Of a stretch of 64,000 nt of DNA, positions 17,623-27,233 are shown one piece after another. The stretch's first letter is position 1, and every line of letters starts with the position of its first letter. The translations under genes were made by a program, and so were the position numbers. Where the stretch lies: positions 602-64,601 of the IMG/VR virus record IMGVR_UViG_3300023212_000059; one strand, written 5' to 3'. This DNA is from a virus. Below the pieces are notes generated by a model, which was given only the letters and a program-made list of their open reading frames with translations, made no database searches and was not told where the DNA came from.

Positions 17623-17872
17623 AGTCGATTTGCACTTCGAGACCGAGCGCATTGACGTAGGCCACGAAGGTGTCCATGCGAAGCCTGATCTTGCCGCGCT
17701 CGAAGTGCGATACCCACGTGAAGTCCTTCCCGAGCTTCTTGGCAACGTCAGTCTGGGAGAGCTTCAGTCGCTTCCGTTCATGGACCAGATACTTCCGAAC
17801 GTCCTTCTCGAACTCCTTCTCGCTCTTGTAGGAAGTGGCATGAAAAGTCTTCACGTCTTGGTCCTCAGACAA
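17612..17872 (-). CDS. XRE-family HTH transcriptional regulator
   Basis: ERKRLKLSQTDVAKKLG...WVSHFERG. Confidence 0.85.
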   Translation of the reverse strand: MSEDQDVKTFHATSYKSEKEFEKDVRKYLVHERKRLKLSQTDVAKKLGKDFTWVSHFERGKIRLRMDTFVAYVNALGLEVQIDYAS

Positions 17873-18864
17873 TCGAGCCCGAACTTCAGAATCGCTGCTC
17901 GCCCACCTTCGTCCAGATCAGGGTACTTTCGATCCACGTAGCTCTGCATGATGTCCGCGTCGAGCATCACGCCGGCCGTGAGCGCCGCGACGGCTTCCGT
18001 TGGCACTTCGGCCTCGACGGTAGTACAGTCGAGCCACCCGAGCTTCACGGCTCGCTCGCGCACGTCTACCAGCCGGTCTCTCGACACGTTGAGCACACGA
18101 AGAAACCCTGCCTCGCTCGGCGCCGGGACCTTCGGATACTTCGTCGTGATGAACTTCGGCGCGTCGAGCTTCAACGGCGTCAGGTTCGAGTCCTCATCAA
18201 ACAACCAACAGAATCGGTCGCCAGCGTCTCCGAAGTCGAAGTGCAGCGGAGCGCCGACATACGTGACGCGGCCGTCCGTTGTCTGACTCGGCGTGTGGAC
18301 GTGGCCTAGAATCACCCTCTGGAACTCGCTCAACGATTCCAGCTTGAGCGTGGACGGTAGAGAGAATTCGTTGTCAAGCGGCGTGCCGTCGAGCGCATAG
18401 TGGAGGAAGATATTCTCCGCATCTTCTGCGGAGAATCCGGGGTCTTTCACCGCATCAGGCACTTCATCCCCCGGCATCCACGGCACGAAGAAGCCGTACT
18501 GCGTCCAGGTCGGCTTGTCGATGACGACCCAACCGGCGTACCGGTATGGGTCCAGGCTGTGAACGCCGACTGACTCGTAGTCGTGATTCCCGACGAGCAT
18601 ATACGCGCTGCCTGGAACCTTTCCTTCGAGGTTCACGAGCTTCGCCATCAGCTTGTTGTAGACGGCGAAGTTCACGAAGTATCGGCGGTGGGTCACGTCG
18701 CCGAGGACGATAAGGCTCTGCGGGCGGTAGTCCAGGATGTACTTAGAGACCTGGTCAAGAACGTCGAGCAGGTGCTTGAACCGGCTGTTCGTACCGTCCG
18801 GCAGCGTCGTCGCGAACCGCGTCCATGCGTGCGCGTGCAGGTCCGAAATGATGAGAGCGTTCAC
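17851..18864 (-). CDS. Mre11/SbcD (T4 gp47-like) nuclease
   Basis: SDLH, LGD, GNHD, FLH, GHVH metallophosphoesterase motifs; paired with the SMC ATPase. Confidence 0.9.
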   Translation of the reverse strand: MNALIISDLHAHAWTRFATTLPDGTNSRFKHLLDVLDQVSKYILDYRPQSLIVLGDVTHRRYFVNFAVYNKLMAKLVNLEGKVPGSAYMLVGNHDYESVGVHSLDPYRYAGWVVIDKPTWTQYGFFVPWMPGDEVPDAVKDPGFSAEDAENIFLHYALDGTPLDNEFSLPSTLKLESLSEFQRVILGHVHTPSQTTDGRVTYVGAPLHFDFGDAGDRFCWLFDEDSNLTPLKLDAPKFITTKYPKVPAPSEAGFLRVLNVSRDRLVDVRERAVKLGWLDCTTVEAEVPTEAVAALTAGVMLDADIMQSYVDRKYPDLDEGGRAAILKFGLDCLRTKT

Positions 18865-19076
18865 GACTCGAACTCCACCCAGACCCGAGCCCCCCACGGC
18901 AACGGGTGCTGGTCATCGTAAACAACTTTTACCTCTCCGACAGCATGGAACGCCCAAACACGCTTCGGCTTGCCGTACTTCCCTCGACTGATCCGAATTG
19001 GAGGTGTCTGCTGCGAACGTGGCTTGCCGATGTTCTGGCGGACTGTGTTCTTGCAGACGGTGATGTACGTGGTCAC
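18861..19076 (-). CDS. conserved-looking phage hypothetical protein
   Basis: VVYDDQHPLPWGARVWVE C-terminus. Confidence 0.6.
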   Translation of the reverse strand: MTTYITVCKNTVRQNIGKPRSQQTPPIRISRGKYGKPKRVWAFHAVGEVKVVYDDQHPLPWGARVWVEFES

Positions 19077-19245
19077 AGAATGTTTTCCACCCTCAGACTG
19101 ATTCGAACGTCGCCCCCACAGCGGTCGCAGGACATCGTGAAGTCTTCGATGTGTGATTCCATAGGTTCTTGAATGTTGTTCGCAAAATGGCCGTCACAGA
19201 CTAGTATAGGTTGTCCATTGAGCCAAACGGCCTTATGCTCGGCCA

Positions 19246-19560
19246 TCACAAACCGTAGCTCGGGCCGAGCCGTTCATGCTTCTTGGCAACCTTCTGCGCA
19301 TAGCAATCCGAACGTCGGCACGCCCACCATTTCACGCGGTAGTCGTAGCCGTCTTGCCCGCAACCGTGAGCGTACTTGTCGCCTCCATACTTGCCGCCGG
19401 CTCGCCAACGATGCCAGCCTCGACGGCACAGGAACCGGCCGGTCGGCTCTTTCAACAGCACGAGCCAAGCCAAAGCCACTAAGTCGGCGGCCAGTGCAAA
19501 CAACAGCACGATGACGGTCCAGAAGAAGAACGCTTCCATGCGGAACGCTTCTGGGCTCAC
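19246..19560 (-). CDS. membrane-anchored Zn-binding hypothetical protein
   Basis: N-terminal TM segment; C-x3-WH...CxxxxC. Confidence 0.55.
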   Translation of the reverse strand: MSPEAFRMEAFFFWTVIVLLFALAADLVALAWLVLLKEPTGRFLCRRGWHRWRAGGKYGGDKYAHGCGQDGYDYRVKWWACRRSDCYAQKVAKKHERLGPSYGL

Positions 19561-19561
19561 A

Positions 19562-20191
19562 CTACCTCGGGAACTTCTGAACGAGCGACACGAGTCGGAG
19601 TCCGATGTCCTCCGCGTACCGATCCCCCGGCCGCTGCTGCTTCGCGTTCGTGTCGCCCCGGTTGTAGGCGCGGAGCGCGGTGGGGCCGGCGCCGAACTTC
19701 TCCACCTGGTCTCTCAAAAACGAGACGCCGATGCGAACGTTCTGCTTTGGGTTCCCGAGCGTGCCGAGGCTCGTATACCTGCCCGTATGGTTCTTGACCG
19801 GCGGCTCGAATCTGATGCCGAGGTTTTTCGCGACGATCTCAGCCGTCGCTGGCATGACCTGCATGAGCCCGATCTCTCCCGACTGACCGATGGCGCCGGG
19901 ATGGAACTGCGACTCCTTGTCGATGAGAGCGAGCACGATGCGGTAGTCGATGCCTGACTTCTCGCTCTCCTGGAGCAATGTCCGAGGAAAGCCGCTGAAG
20001 TCCTTGATGGTCGCCTGCGGGTTGCGCTCGACGATCCAGTCCAGGATGCGCGACTCTCGGATGTCCTGAGTGACCTGCTGCTGTCTGACCGAGTCCTGAC
20101 CGGCGAAGGCACCGAGCCCGAACATGGCCACAGCGATGAACAGGAACGCGAGGAATCCTCCTACTTGCTTGACCGCATGACTAATCTTCAT
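19562..20191 (-). CDS. lytic transglycosylase (SLT domain) with N-terminal TM/signal anchor
   Basis: ALIDKESQF, GLMQVM, AYNRG motifs. Confidence 0.85.
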   Translation of the reverse strand: MKISHAVKQVGGFLAFLFIAVAMFGLGAFAGQDSVRQQQVTQDIRESRILDWIVERNPQATIKDFSGFPRTLLQESEKSGIDYRIVLALIDKESQFHPGAIGQSGEIGLMQVMPATAEIVAKNLGIRFEPPVKNHTGRYTSLGTLGNPKQNVRIGVSFLRDQVEKFGAGPTALRAYNRGDTNAKQQRPGDRYAEDIGLRLVSLVQKFPR

Positions 20192-20203
20192 CTCTTTCTC
20201 CTT

Positions 20204-20512
20204 TCACATCCAACGATGGATGAGCCACCCAAAGAACAACGACAAGACGGGACGGGTGATTAACAGGTTCAGAATCTCAATAGCCGAGTCCTTGCCCGAC
20301 AGCTTCTTGTAGTTGGATCGGTTGTACATCAGAAATCCAATCACGCTCGTGAGCCCTACTGCATCAACAAGACGAAGTGTGGGCAGGCGGAATATCGGCA
20401 CGACGAACCATCCCCACAGAGTCATGAGGACGTAACCGTTGACCGCCACGGTAACCGCTAGAAGAGTGACCAGAGCAACCAAGCCACCAAGACAGGCAAG
20501 TAACTTAGTCAT
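20204..20512 (-). CDS. membrane protein
   Basis: About three hydrophobic segments. Confidence 0.6.
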   Translation of the reverse strand: MTKLLACLGGLVALVTLLAVTVAVNGYVLMTLWGWFVVPIFRLPTLRLVDAVGLTSVIGFLMYNRSNYKKLSGKDSAIEILNLLITRPVLSLFFGWLIHRWM

Positions 20513-21413
20513 CGTCGTTTCCGCCTTTCTCGTCCTCGACTATCCGACCGTCGAAGTAGATTTTCACGTACGCCGTTGACGTCGGCTTGATGCCCTGGAG
20601 CTTCGACTTCTCGACTTTGATGCGCGTCCGAATGCCTACCACCTCTCCATGTTCCTTCAACTGCCCGATCCTCGTCAACTCCAAAGTGAGATGGCACCAA
20701 TGCCGAAGAGCACGGCCACCAGGCGCATACGTCGGCTTCTGGAATGGTGCCGCGTTCGCCTTCTCCCGCAACTGGTTCACGAAGATCATGCCGATACGCG
20801 TGCCGGCGATAGGCCGCACAAGCTTGCCGAGCTTCGCAGCGAGGAACCGGGCACGAGCCGCGCGGTGAGCTTCCGCGTCGAACTCAGCAGCCAAGTCCGA
20901 CTGAGTCGGCAGAGCGGCAACGGAATCGAGCATCAAGAGCGCGGAAGCTTCCTTTTCGATGTAACGATCCCGGATGTGAGCGAGATGTGCGAACGAATCC
21001 TCCAACGTCTCAGGTTCACTGTAGGTCAGAAGCTCCGGGTTTACACCGATGTCTTCAGCGCGGTCACGATCCTCGGACATCTCGCCGTCCTCGAAGTGAA
21101 CGTAGTGCTTTGCGCGCTGCGCGGCTGCGGCCACGAAGTTGACGAACGTGGACTTTCCGACTGACTCACCGCCTTGGACCTGAATGAGACGAGCGAGCGG
21201 TAAGCCGCCGCCGAGCATGTCGTCAAGCGGCTTGATGCCAAGCGGCAACCGTTCGTTGACGGGCTCGACTTCAGACAAGCGATGGATGGAGTCCGGGCCG
21301 AACTCCTTGCGCACAGAGGCGATGAGACTGTCGAGGATTTTCTTAGTTTCGACAGTCTCCTTCGCCTGTTCCGGCGCGGTCTCCACTGGTTTCTTCTCGA
21401 TGATGCGGGTCAT
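20505..21413 (-). CDS. recA: RecA/UvsX recombinase
   Basis: GGLP...GGESVGKST, LDSVAAL, IFVNQLR, PGGRAL. Confidence 0.9.
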   Translation of the reverse strand: MTRIIEKKPVETAPEQAKETVETKKILDSLIASVRKEFGPDSIHRLSEVEPVNERLPLGIKPLDDMLGGGLPLARLIQVQGGESVGKSTFVNFVAAAAQRAKHYVHFEDGEMSEDRDRAEDIGVNPELLTYSEPETLEDSFAHLAHIRDRYIEKEASALLMLDSVAALPTQSDLAAEFDAEAHRAARARFLAAKLGKLVRPIAGTRIGMIFVNQLREKANAAPFQKPTYAPGGRALRHWCHLTLELTRIGQLKEHGEVVGIRTRIKVEKSKLQGIKPTSTAYVKIYFDGRIVEDEKGGNDDD

Positions 21414-21416
21414 CTC

Positions 21417-22505
21417 CTACATCACCGCGAGCTTCGCCGACAGACACGACAAGAACAACCGACACTTCTGGCAGTTCGAGTCGGTCGGGTCCGCGATCTG
21501 AGGGTCCTTGTAGAACTCGTCACCGGCCGCGATGAATCTGACCGAGTAGCAGTCGGGACCCTCGACGCCCTTCACGTCGTCCGGCGTGATGAGCACTGGA
21601 GTGAACCCGGCATCGGCCGCGATCTTCTTGGCTGCCGCATATGGGTCCTCGGTCTTCCTCACGACCCGCTTCCCCGTCACCTCAGACTGAGGCTCAGGCT
21701 TCGGCGTGTCAGCCTTCGGCGGCGTGATGGTGCGGCCCTTCGGCGGCGTGGCTGGAGCTTTTGCAGCCGCGTTCGTCTCGGACTGCTTCTGTGGCTTGGC
21801 CTGCTGCTCCGGCTTCTTGCCGCTGAGCGCAGCCTCGACTTCCTCGACCGTCGGCTTCTTCTCGTACTCCGTCAGATCACGGATGTCGTTCAGCCACGAC
21901 GGGTCCTTCAGTTCAGACTGGTTCTCTTTCGCACGCCACCCGGTGTACTGGTTGTAGTCGGTCTGAGGCTTCTTGTCCACGAGGAAGATGACGTCACGAC
22001 CGGTACGCGGGTCAGAGATGTCCCGGAACTCCTGCTCATCATCGTTGAAGCATTCCCGGAGGTTCTTCTCGATGTCGGGTCCGAACGCCCAGGTCTGCAC
22101 GCCGGACTCGGGATGCTGCATGTCAACGATGTTCGCATAGAAGTTGAACTTCGCCATCTTCGACTTGGCCTTCTCCTTCAGGGCTTTGGCGTCTTCGGGC
22201 TTCTCCTGCTGCCTCGCTTCCCTGAAGAGCTTGTTCACGTAGATGCACGCCGGACACGTGTCATCGTCGATGCACCGGATGAACGTGTCTTCCTGCGGGC
22301 CGAGGCTGAAGTGGACTTTCGTCTCGACAAACACGTCCCCCATGTTCGTGTGCGGCGGCAGAATGCGGATAACGTTCTTGATAGGCTGACCCGTCTTGCC
22401 GGCCTGCGGCTTCCAGAAGTCTCCGCCGAACTTCCGGTTCCGAGACGCTTCCATGTTTCTTTTGAAGACTGTCGGGTCTACCTTCTTGTACTGTGGCTCT
22501 GCCAT
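21417..22505 (-). CDS. single-stranded DNA-binding protein, T4 gp32-like
   Basis: FWKP...IRILP...HF...CPAC...YANI...DISDPRTGRD; low-complexity linker. Confidence 0.75.
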   Translation of the reverse strand: MAEPQYKKVDPTVFKRNMEASRNRKFGGDFWKPQAGKTGQPIKNVIRILPPHTNMGDVFVETKVHFSLGPQEDTFIRCIDDDTCPACIYVNKLFREARQQEKPEDAKALKEKAKSKMAKFNFYANIVDMQHPESGVQTWAFGPDIEKNLRECFNDDEQEFRDISDPRTGRDVIFLVDKKPQTDYNQYTGWRAKENQSELKDPSWLNDIRDLTEYEKKPTVEEVEAALSGKKPEQQAKPQKQSETNAAAKAPATPPKGRTITPPKADTPKPEPQSEVTGKRVVRKTEDPYAAAKKIAADAGFTPVLITPDDVKGVEGPDCYSVRFIAAGDEFYKDPQIADPTDSNCQKCRLFLSCLSAKLAVM

Positions 22506-22927
22506 TACTCGTCTCCCTCCGGTTCGTGAGTGTGCCCTGGTTGCTCACCGCCAGGCTGGTTGAACTTGGCGATGGTTTCCTCATCCCATCCGACGACGTA
22601 GTAGCGCTCGTTCCACTTCCGCCAGCCGTACCCGTATCCCTCGCAGACCTTCTCGTTCTTCTTGCGGAGCCGTGGGAAGAGACGAGCTTTCTGCGCGTCC
22701 ATGTCAGCCGAGATGATGTTGATTTCCTCCTGAATCTCGATGACCTTGTCGCGCAACTCCTTCGAGCGCTCCAGAAGCCGCTCGATCTGCGCGATGCGCT
22801 CGATGCACTCGTCATCCGAAATCGCCGCATGACGAGGGAACTGCTCCGGGTCAGCGATAGGCGGATTCCAGATTTTCGGACGACCGCCGCCTCCGCTGAA
22901 GATGATAAAGCCGTCGCCTGGGTTCAT
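22505..22927 (-). CDS. hypothetical protein
   Basis: 140 aa with coiled coil. Confidence 0.6.
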   Translation of the reverse strand: MNPGDGFIIFSGGGGRPKIWNPPIADPEQFPRHAAISDDECIERIAQIERLLERSKELRDKVIEIQEEINIISADMDAQKARLFPRLRKKNEKVCEGYGYGWRKWNERYYVVGWDEETIAKFNQPGGEQPGHTHEPEGDE

Positions 22928-23400
22928 TCCACTGGCCTCTTTGTGATGGTGCGGTTTTTGAGGATCGGCGGCCGAGAAGCCCCATGCTCCTCAGCGACCA
23001 GCGTTGAAAGCTTTTCAAGCGTCCGTGCCTTGCCGACGGCACCGTCCCTCGCAGCACGAAGAATGTCCGCCCTCTCCTGAGCCTTGATGTGATCCTCGAC
23101 AGCTTCACGTACGGCCGGGTCGAGAGTGACTTCATCCTTGATCACGTCAACTGTGAAGTCACGGCCGCGAGTCACCTTGTCTGAACGAGCTTTCTTCGCG
23201 GCTTCAGCCTTCACAACGTCGATGCGCGTCTTGGCTCTGGACGCTTCAGCCTCAGCGCGAGCGTGTAGGATGCCCCACCAGACGGCCTCACTGTTCCCTT
23301 CGCTGACTTCCTCAACGAGGTTGTCCATGTCGATGCGAGCAAACGAGCGCTCGATGCTGACCGGCTTGTCGCCCAACTCGACTCGGGTCGGTTCGGACAT
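22924..23400 (-). CDS. UvsY-like recombination mediator
   Basis: All-helical, about 158 aa, located between pol and SSB/RecA. Confidence 0.5.
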   Translation of the reverse strand: MSEPTRVELGDKPVSIERSFARIDMDNLVEEVSEGNSEAVWWGILHARAEAEASRAKTRIDVVKAEAAKKARSDKVTRGRDFTVDVIKDEVTLDPAVREAVEDHIKAQERADILRAARDGAVGKARTLEKLSTLVAEEHGASRPPILKNRTITKRPVE

Positions 23401-23469
23401 GCCCTTAGTTGTACTCCCTCTTAGAAAAAACGTCAAGTCCTGAAAGATCAGTTTCCTGCTGACGGGAAA

Positions 23470-26028
23470 TCATCCTGCCCAACAGTCTGAGATTTCCGAG
23501 TCCGTCCTTGGTGACCGACCACCTAGCTCAGGCTGCGGCTCTTCCATCAGTTCCCCGAGCTTCGCGTCCCATTCCTCAGCCAAGTCCTCACGGCACTCGG
23601 TCAGGATTTGGTCGTGCATCGCGAAGAGCACACGAGCCGGATAGTTGTGGTCGCGAATCCACCGAATGATCCGGAGCAGAGCACGTGCGAGGACGTGGGC
23701 GCCGCCATTCTGAATCGGGAAGTTGCACGCCTGACGCTCGGCTTCGAAGCGCTGCCACTTGTCGTAGCTGTAGATCGCCCAGAGCTTCCTGTACGTGGTG
23801 AACAGACCCAGGCTTCGGCCAGTCTCGCGCACCTCTTTGATCTTCTGATACTGCCACCAACGGATTTTGTCGTAGCGTTCCCCGTACGCGTCGATGTAAT
23901 TCTGCGCCTCAGACTTGTCGATGCTCAAAGACTTCGCGAGGCTTTCAGCACCGCCACGGAACAGGATTTTGAAGTTCAACGACTTCGTCTTGGAACGGAG
24001 CACCTTGTACTCGCGGCCCAGGTCCACGGAGAACGGATTGCCTTGCGCGTCGAAGTAGTCGGCCTTCACTTTGTGGAACAAGTCCGCCATGACACGCTCG
24101 TGGATGTCCTCACGGCGGACGAGCATGGCTTCGATCAAGTCTTCCTGCCCGGCGGCGCACGCCTGGATGACGAATTCCTGCTGGATGTAATCGCGGGCAA
24201 CCATCTTGTAGCCGTCGCGCGGGATGATCATGGCCCGGACCGATGGCATTCCAGGTGCAGTCTTTGGCCAAGTGTAGAGCGCGAATGGACGGCGCGTCAC
24301 CAAGCGAAACGTCTCCGTCGCCGGGATGATCGTGTTCGTCCGAGCGTAGCCGTCCTCGTCCACGACGGCGAGGATTCCCTTGTCGCCCTTCGTTCCGTCC
24401 ACGTAGCCCTTCAGCTTCGTGTACGCACGGTGCATGAGCAGTGTCGGGACGATCTCGTGCAGGTCCCTGAGCGGAAGCAGATACTCTTCCCGCGTCGAGG
24501 GATTGCCGGACTCCGTGTAGCCAAGGATCGGTACGCCCATCTCTTCGAACAGAAGCTTGCCGACCTGCGGATAGCTGTTCAGGTTGAAGTCAGACTTGCC
24601 CTTGACACGGTTGATGATCTCTTCGCCGACTACCTCGACGACACGGTTTTGAGCGGCAGCGAGCGCATCAGTCAGTTGACCGGCAAGGTTCTGAGCGTAT
24701 GAAACGTTGATGCGGACGCCGATCCGGTCGATAGCTCGATGCTCCAGTGCAAGAGGCAAGCGCTCGTTGCGGAAGACACCATCGACACCTTCCTCGACGA
24801 GCTTCGGCGCGAGGACGTGGGCAACACGGATCGTCGCGTCACTATCACAACAGTTGTAATACCAGACCAGTTCGTTCGGCGCGAGCCAAAGCTTGCCCAT
24901 GTCCGGCTTGCCGTCGTCAGTGACGTAGTGGTTTTGGATGAGCCACTTGTCCATCGGATCATCGTAGCGGCCCATGTCCGTGAACAAGTCCGCCATGAGC
25001 TTGAGGCTGGTGCCCCGCTGACCGAGGTGATTGTTGATGCAGTGCATCGCGTTCGCGCAGTCGAACGATACGTTACGCGTAATGACGTCGAGAGTCGTCT
25101 GAGAGATTGTGACGTCGAAGGGTACGTTCGAGCCCAATTTGGGAACGTCCGACAAGAAGATTTCTCGCAGACAGCCGTCGATTTCCTGAAGCTCTCGATG
25201 CGACCAGATGTCGGACATGCCGGCACCGTATCGCGCAACGACGTAGGACTCTCGCTCCTTGCACGAGAACGAACAGCAGATGCCGATGGACTTCTTCGGA
25301 TGAATACCATTCGTCTCCCAATCGAACGCGATCTCCGTGGAGTTGAGCAGGTACTCGACAAGCTCACGCATCTGCTCGACCGACTCGATGGACTGATAGC
25401 TGACAGGCTCGGGAATCTGCGGGCGCACGGCCCACCGTGCTGCCTTCGCTAGGTCCCACACCAGAAGCTCACGGTCACCAGGCTTGTGCAACAGATAGCT
25501 CGGATGAACGGTCGTGATGATCCAGCAGTTGTAGACGTCGCTCCACTGGACCTTGCCCTGGTTCTCTAGGACTCCACCGGGTAGCCGGCCGCTGAAGACA
25601 GTCATCGCGGCCTCAGCGCCCATGCAAACGATCACCTTCGGACGGAGTGCCTTCAGTTCCTCATCAAGATAGCCGTGGCAGCAATCAATCTCGTGCTCGG
25701 TCGGGACTCGGTTCTTCCACACCTCTCCACGCGGAGTCATGACGAGCTTCGCGGGACGACAACGGATGGCGTTCGAAATCCACAGGTCAGCGCGGTCGAG
25801 TCCGGCCTCGATGATGCAGCCGTCGAGCATCTTGCCTGCTGGACCTACGAAGTTCGCGTCTAATCTTTCTTCCTCAGCGCCGGGGGATTGACCAACGAGG
25901 ACGATGGACGGGCTCTCAGGACCCGAGCTTCCGATCTTGTAGTTGCCGCCGCGCGCGTCGCACTCCTGCCAGAGTCCGCAGTTGCGGCAACGGAGAGCAG
26001 GGAAAGCGAACTGCGTCCAGGTGATCAG
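23470..26028 (-). CDS. polA: family-4 uracil-DNA glycosylase fused to a family A DNA polymerase (SPO1-like architecture)
   Basis: CRNC...GQSPG.EE...FVGPAG...RCRP...HPSY (UDG); FDWET, SNVPFD, YNCCD (exonuclease); RDYIQQE, KSLNF, MHDQ (polymerase); frame extends 66 codons upstream of the tracked ATG to a CTG. Confidence 0.85.
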   Translation of the reverse strand: MITWTQFAFPALRCRNCGLWQECDARGGNYKIGSSGPESPSIVLVGQSPGAEEERLDANFVGPAGKMLDGCIIEAGLDRADLWISNAIRCRPAKLVMTPRGEVWKNRVPTEHEIDCCHGYLDEELKALRPKVIVCMGAEAAMTVFSGRLPGGVLENQGKVQWSDVYNCWIITTVHPSYLLHKPGDRELLVWDLAKAARWAVRPQIPEPVSYQSIESVEQMRELVEYLLNSTEIAFDWETNGIHPKKSIGICCSFSCKERESYVVARYGAGMSDIWSHRELQEIDGCLREIFLSDVPKLGSNVPFDVTISQTTLDVITRNVSFDCANAMHCINNHLGQRGTSLKLMADLFTDMGRYDDPMDKWLIQNHYVTDDGKPDMGKLWLAPNELVWYYNCCDSDATIRVAHVLAPKLVEEGVDGVFRNERLPLALEHRAIDRIGVRINVSYAQNLAGQLTDALAAAQNRVVEVVGEEIINRVKGKSDFNLNSYPQVGKLLFEEMGVPILGYTESGNPSTREEYLLPLRDLHEIVPTLLMHRAYTKLKGYVDGTKGDKGILAVVDEDGYARTNTIIPATETFRLVTRRPFALYTWPKTAPGMPSVRAMIIPRDGYKMVARDYIQQEFVIQACAAGQEDLIEAMLVRREDIHERVMADLFHKVKADYFDAQGNPFSVDLGREYKVLRSKTKSLNFKILFRGGAESLAKSLSIDKSEAQNYIDAYGERYDKIRWWQYQKIKEVRETGRSLGLFTTYRKLWAIYSYDKWQRFEAERQACNFPIQNGGAHVLARALLRIIRWIRDHNYPARVLFAMHDQILTECREDLAEEWDAKLGELMEEPQPELGGRSPRTDSEISDCWAG

Positions 26029-26210
26029 GTGGAGAAGATTCCTAGCTTCTTCTGAAGCGCGGCCATCTCGTACGTGATCCTCTCGTACTCAACCCGAGAG
26101 AACGGCTGGCCAGACGCGTCAGTGCCGCGAGCAAGCTTGGCCTTCAACCGACCCAGAGCTTTCTTGCGCCGCTCCTGGACATCACCGAGTTGCCGCTTGC
26201 GGCCTTTCAT
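26025..26210 (-). CDS. basic hypothetical protein
   Basis: 61-aa helical ORF. Confidence 0.55.
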   Translation of the reverse strand: MKGRKRQLGDVQERRKKALGRLKAKLARGTDASGQPFSRVEYERITYEMAALQKKLGIFST

Positions 26211-26217
26211 CGCGTAG

Positions 26218-26292
26218 AAAAAAGGCCGGTGGTCACTTGTCTAAAAAGGTGCCGCACAAATGCGACCCATGAGTTTTTCGACCCACCGGCCA
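26218..26292 (-). terminator. terminator-like long-loop stem followed by T6
   Basis: GGCCGGTGG...CCACCGGCC then TTTTTT on the minus strand. Confidence 0.3.
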
Positions 26293-26307
26293 TAGGAACG
26301 AACTGTA

Positions 26308-26826
26308 TCACGCTTTGATCCGTCGAGCAATCGTCTGTTTTCCTCCAGCGGGAATTCTCTGGCCGACGATGCCGACAGGGACGACGGCGTAGCCTCCGGT
26401 GATGTAGCCGCCGGCCTGCTCCAGGATCGCCCGGCCCAGGTTCTCAAGCGCGGTCTGGACAGCCTCGACAGGAACGGACGCCTCGCACCAGAAAGTAAAG
26501 TCGGTCGGGTCCGATTTCGTAAAGGCCGAGATGTAGGCCCCGACCATCTTGTGGCGGAGATGCCCTGGAGTCCCATGCCTCGGGCACTCGAATGCAGCGA
26601 GCACAGCCCTACGGCCAGCGCTGCCGGGCTCCCAGAGGACGCCTGGGAACTCAATGGCCGGGACGTCGTCATCCTGGAGCCGAACACACCCCCACGGAGG
26701 ACGGTGCAGATGAGCCCGTAGAGCTTTGTTCGGGATGGCGGTATTGCTCGGGAAGGGACGGAAAGCGACGCTGATCTCCCGGTACGGGCCGTTCGGCTTC
26801 TTAGCTACCGCGTATGAGAAGTGCAT
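26308..26826 (-). CDS. hypothetical protein with RRIKA C-terminus
   Basis: 172 aa; ends IARRIKA*. Confidence 0.6.
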   Translation of the reverse strand: MHFSYAVAKKPNGPYREISVAFRPFPSNTAIPNKALRAHLHRPPWGCVRLQDDDVPAIEFPGVLWEPGSAGRRAVLAAFECPRHGTPGHLRHKMVGAYISAFTKSDPTDFTFWCEASVPVEAVQTALENLGRAILEQAGGYITGGYAVVPVGIVGQRIPAGGKQTIARRIKA

Positions 26827-26837
26827 CGCTCACCTGA

Positions 26838-26890
26838 TTCTAGCACATCCATCTGCTAGGTTTTGGCCCAATGTTTATGCGGGTTCTAGC
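26838..26890. repeat. copy 1 of a conserved ~50-bp element (copy 2 at 37217-37269)
   Basis: TTCTAGC-N10-GCTAGGTTTT-N7-TGTTTATGCGGGTTC-N-AGC; on the minus strand it overlaps an extended -10 TGcTAGAAT. Confidence 0.8.
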
Positions 26891-27020
26891 CTTCCTATCG
26901 GATGTCGCGTTGAAGAGACATCCGATAGGCTTTTCCACAACATCCTGGGGAGTCTCGACGAGCGTTCCACAAGATTCGGTGGAGCGCTCGTCGGCTCTAG
27001 CACTTGATTCCGAAAATAGG

Positions 27021-27233
27021 TCACACAGGGAGAGCGATCTCCTTGGCGCCCATGCTCTTCATGACGTCGAAAAGCTCCGTCTCGAACCGTACGCGCCGAA
27101 GCTCGTCGAGGAAACCTTCGTCTTCGGCGACTCGCTCGGCACACGGATCACAGATGCCGTGCGTCACCGTCGGATCATCCAGAGGTTCCTTCTCCCCCTG
27201 GTCCTTGTCGCACCATGCGCAAACGACCTTCAT
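27021..27233 (-). CDS. Zn-binding hypothetical protein
   Basis: VCAWC...THGICDPC. Confidence 0.65.
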   Translation of the reverse strand: MKVVCAWCDKDQGEKEPLDDPTVTHGICDPCAERVAEDEGFLDELRRVRFETELFDVMKSMGAKEIALPV

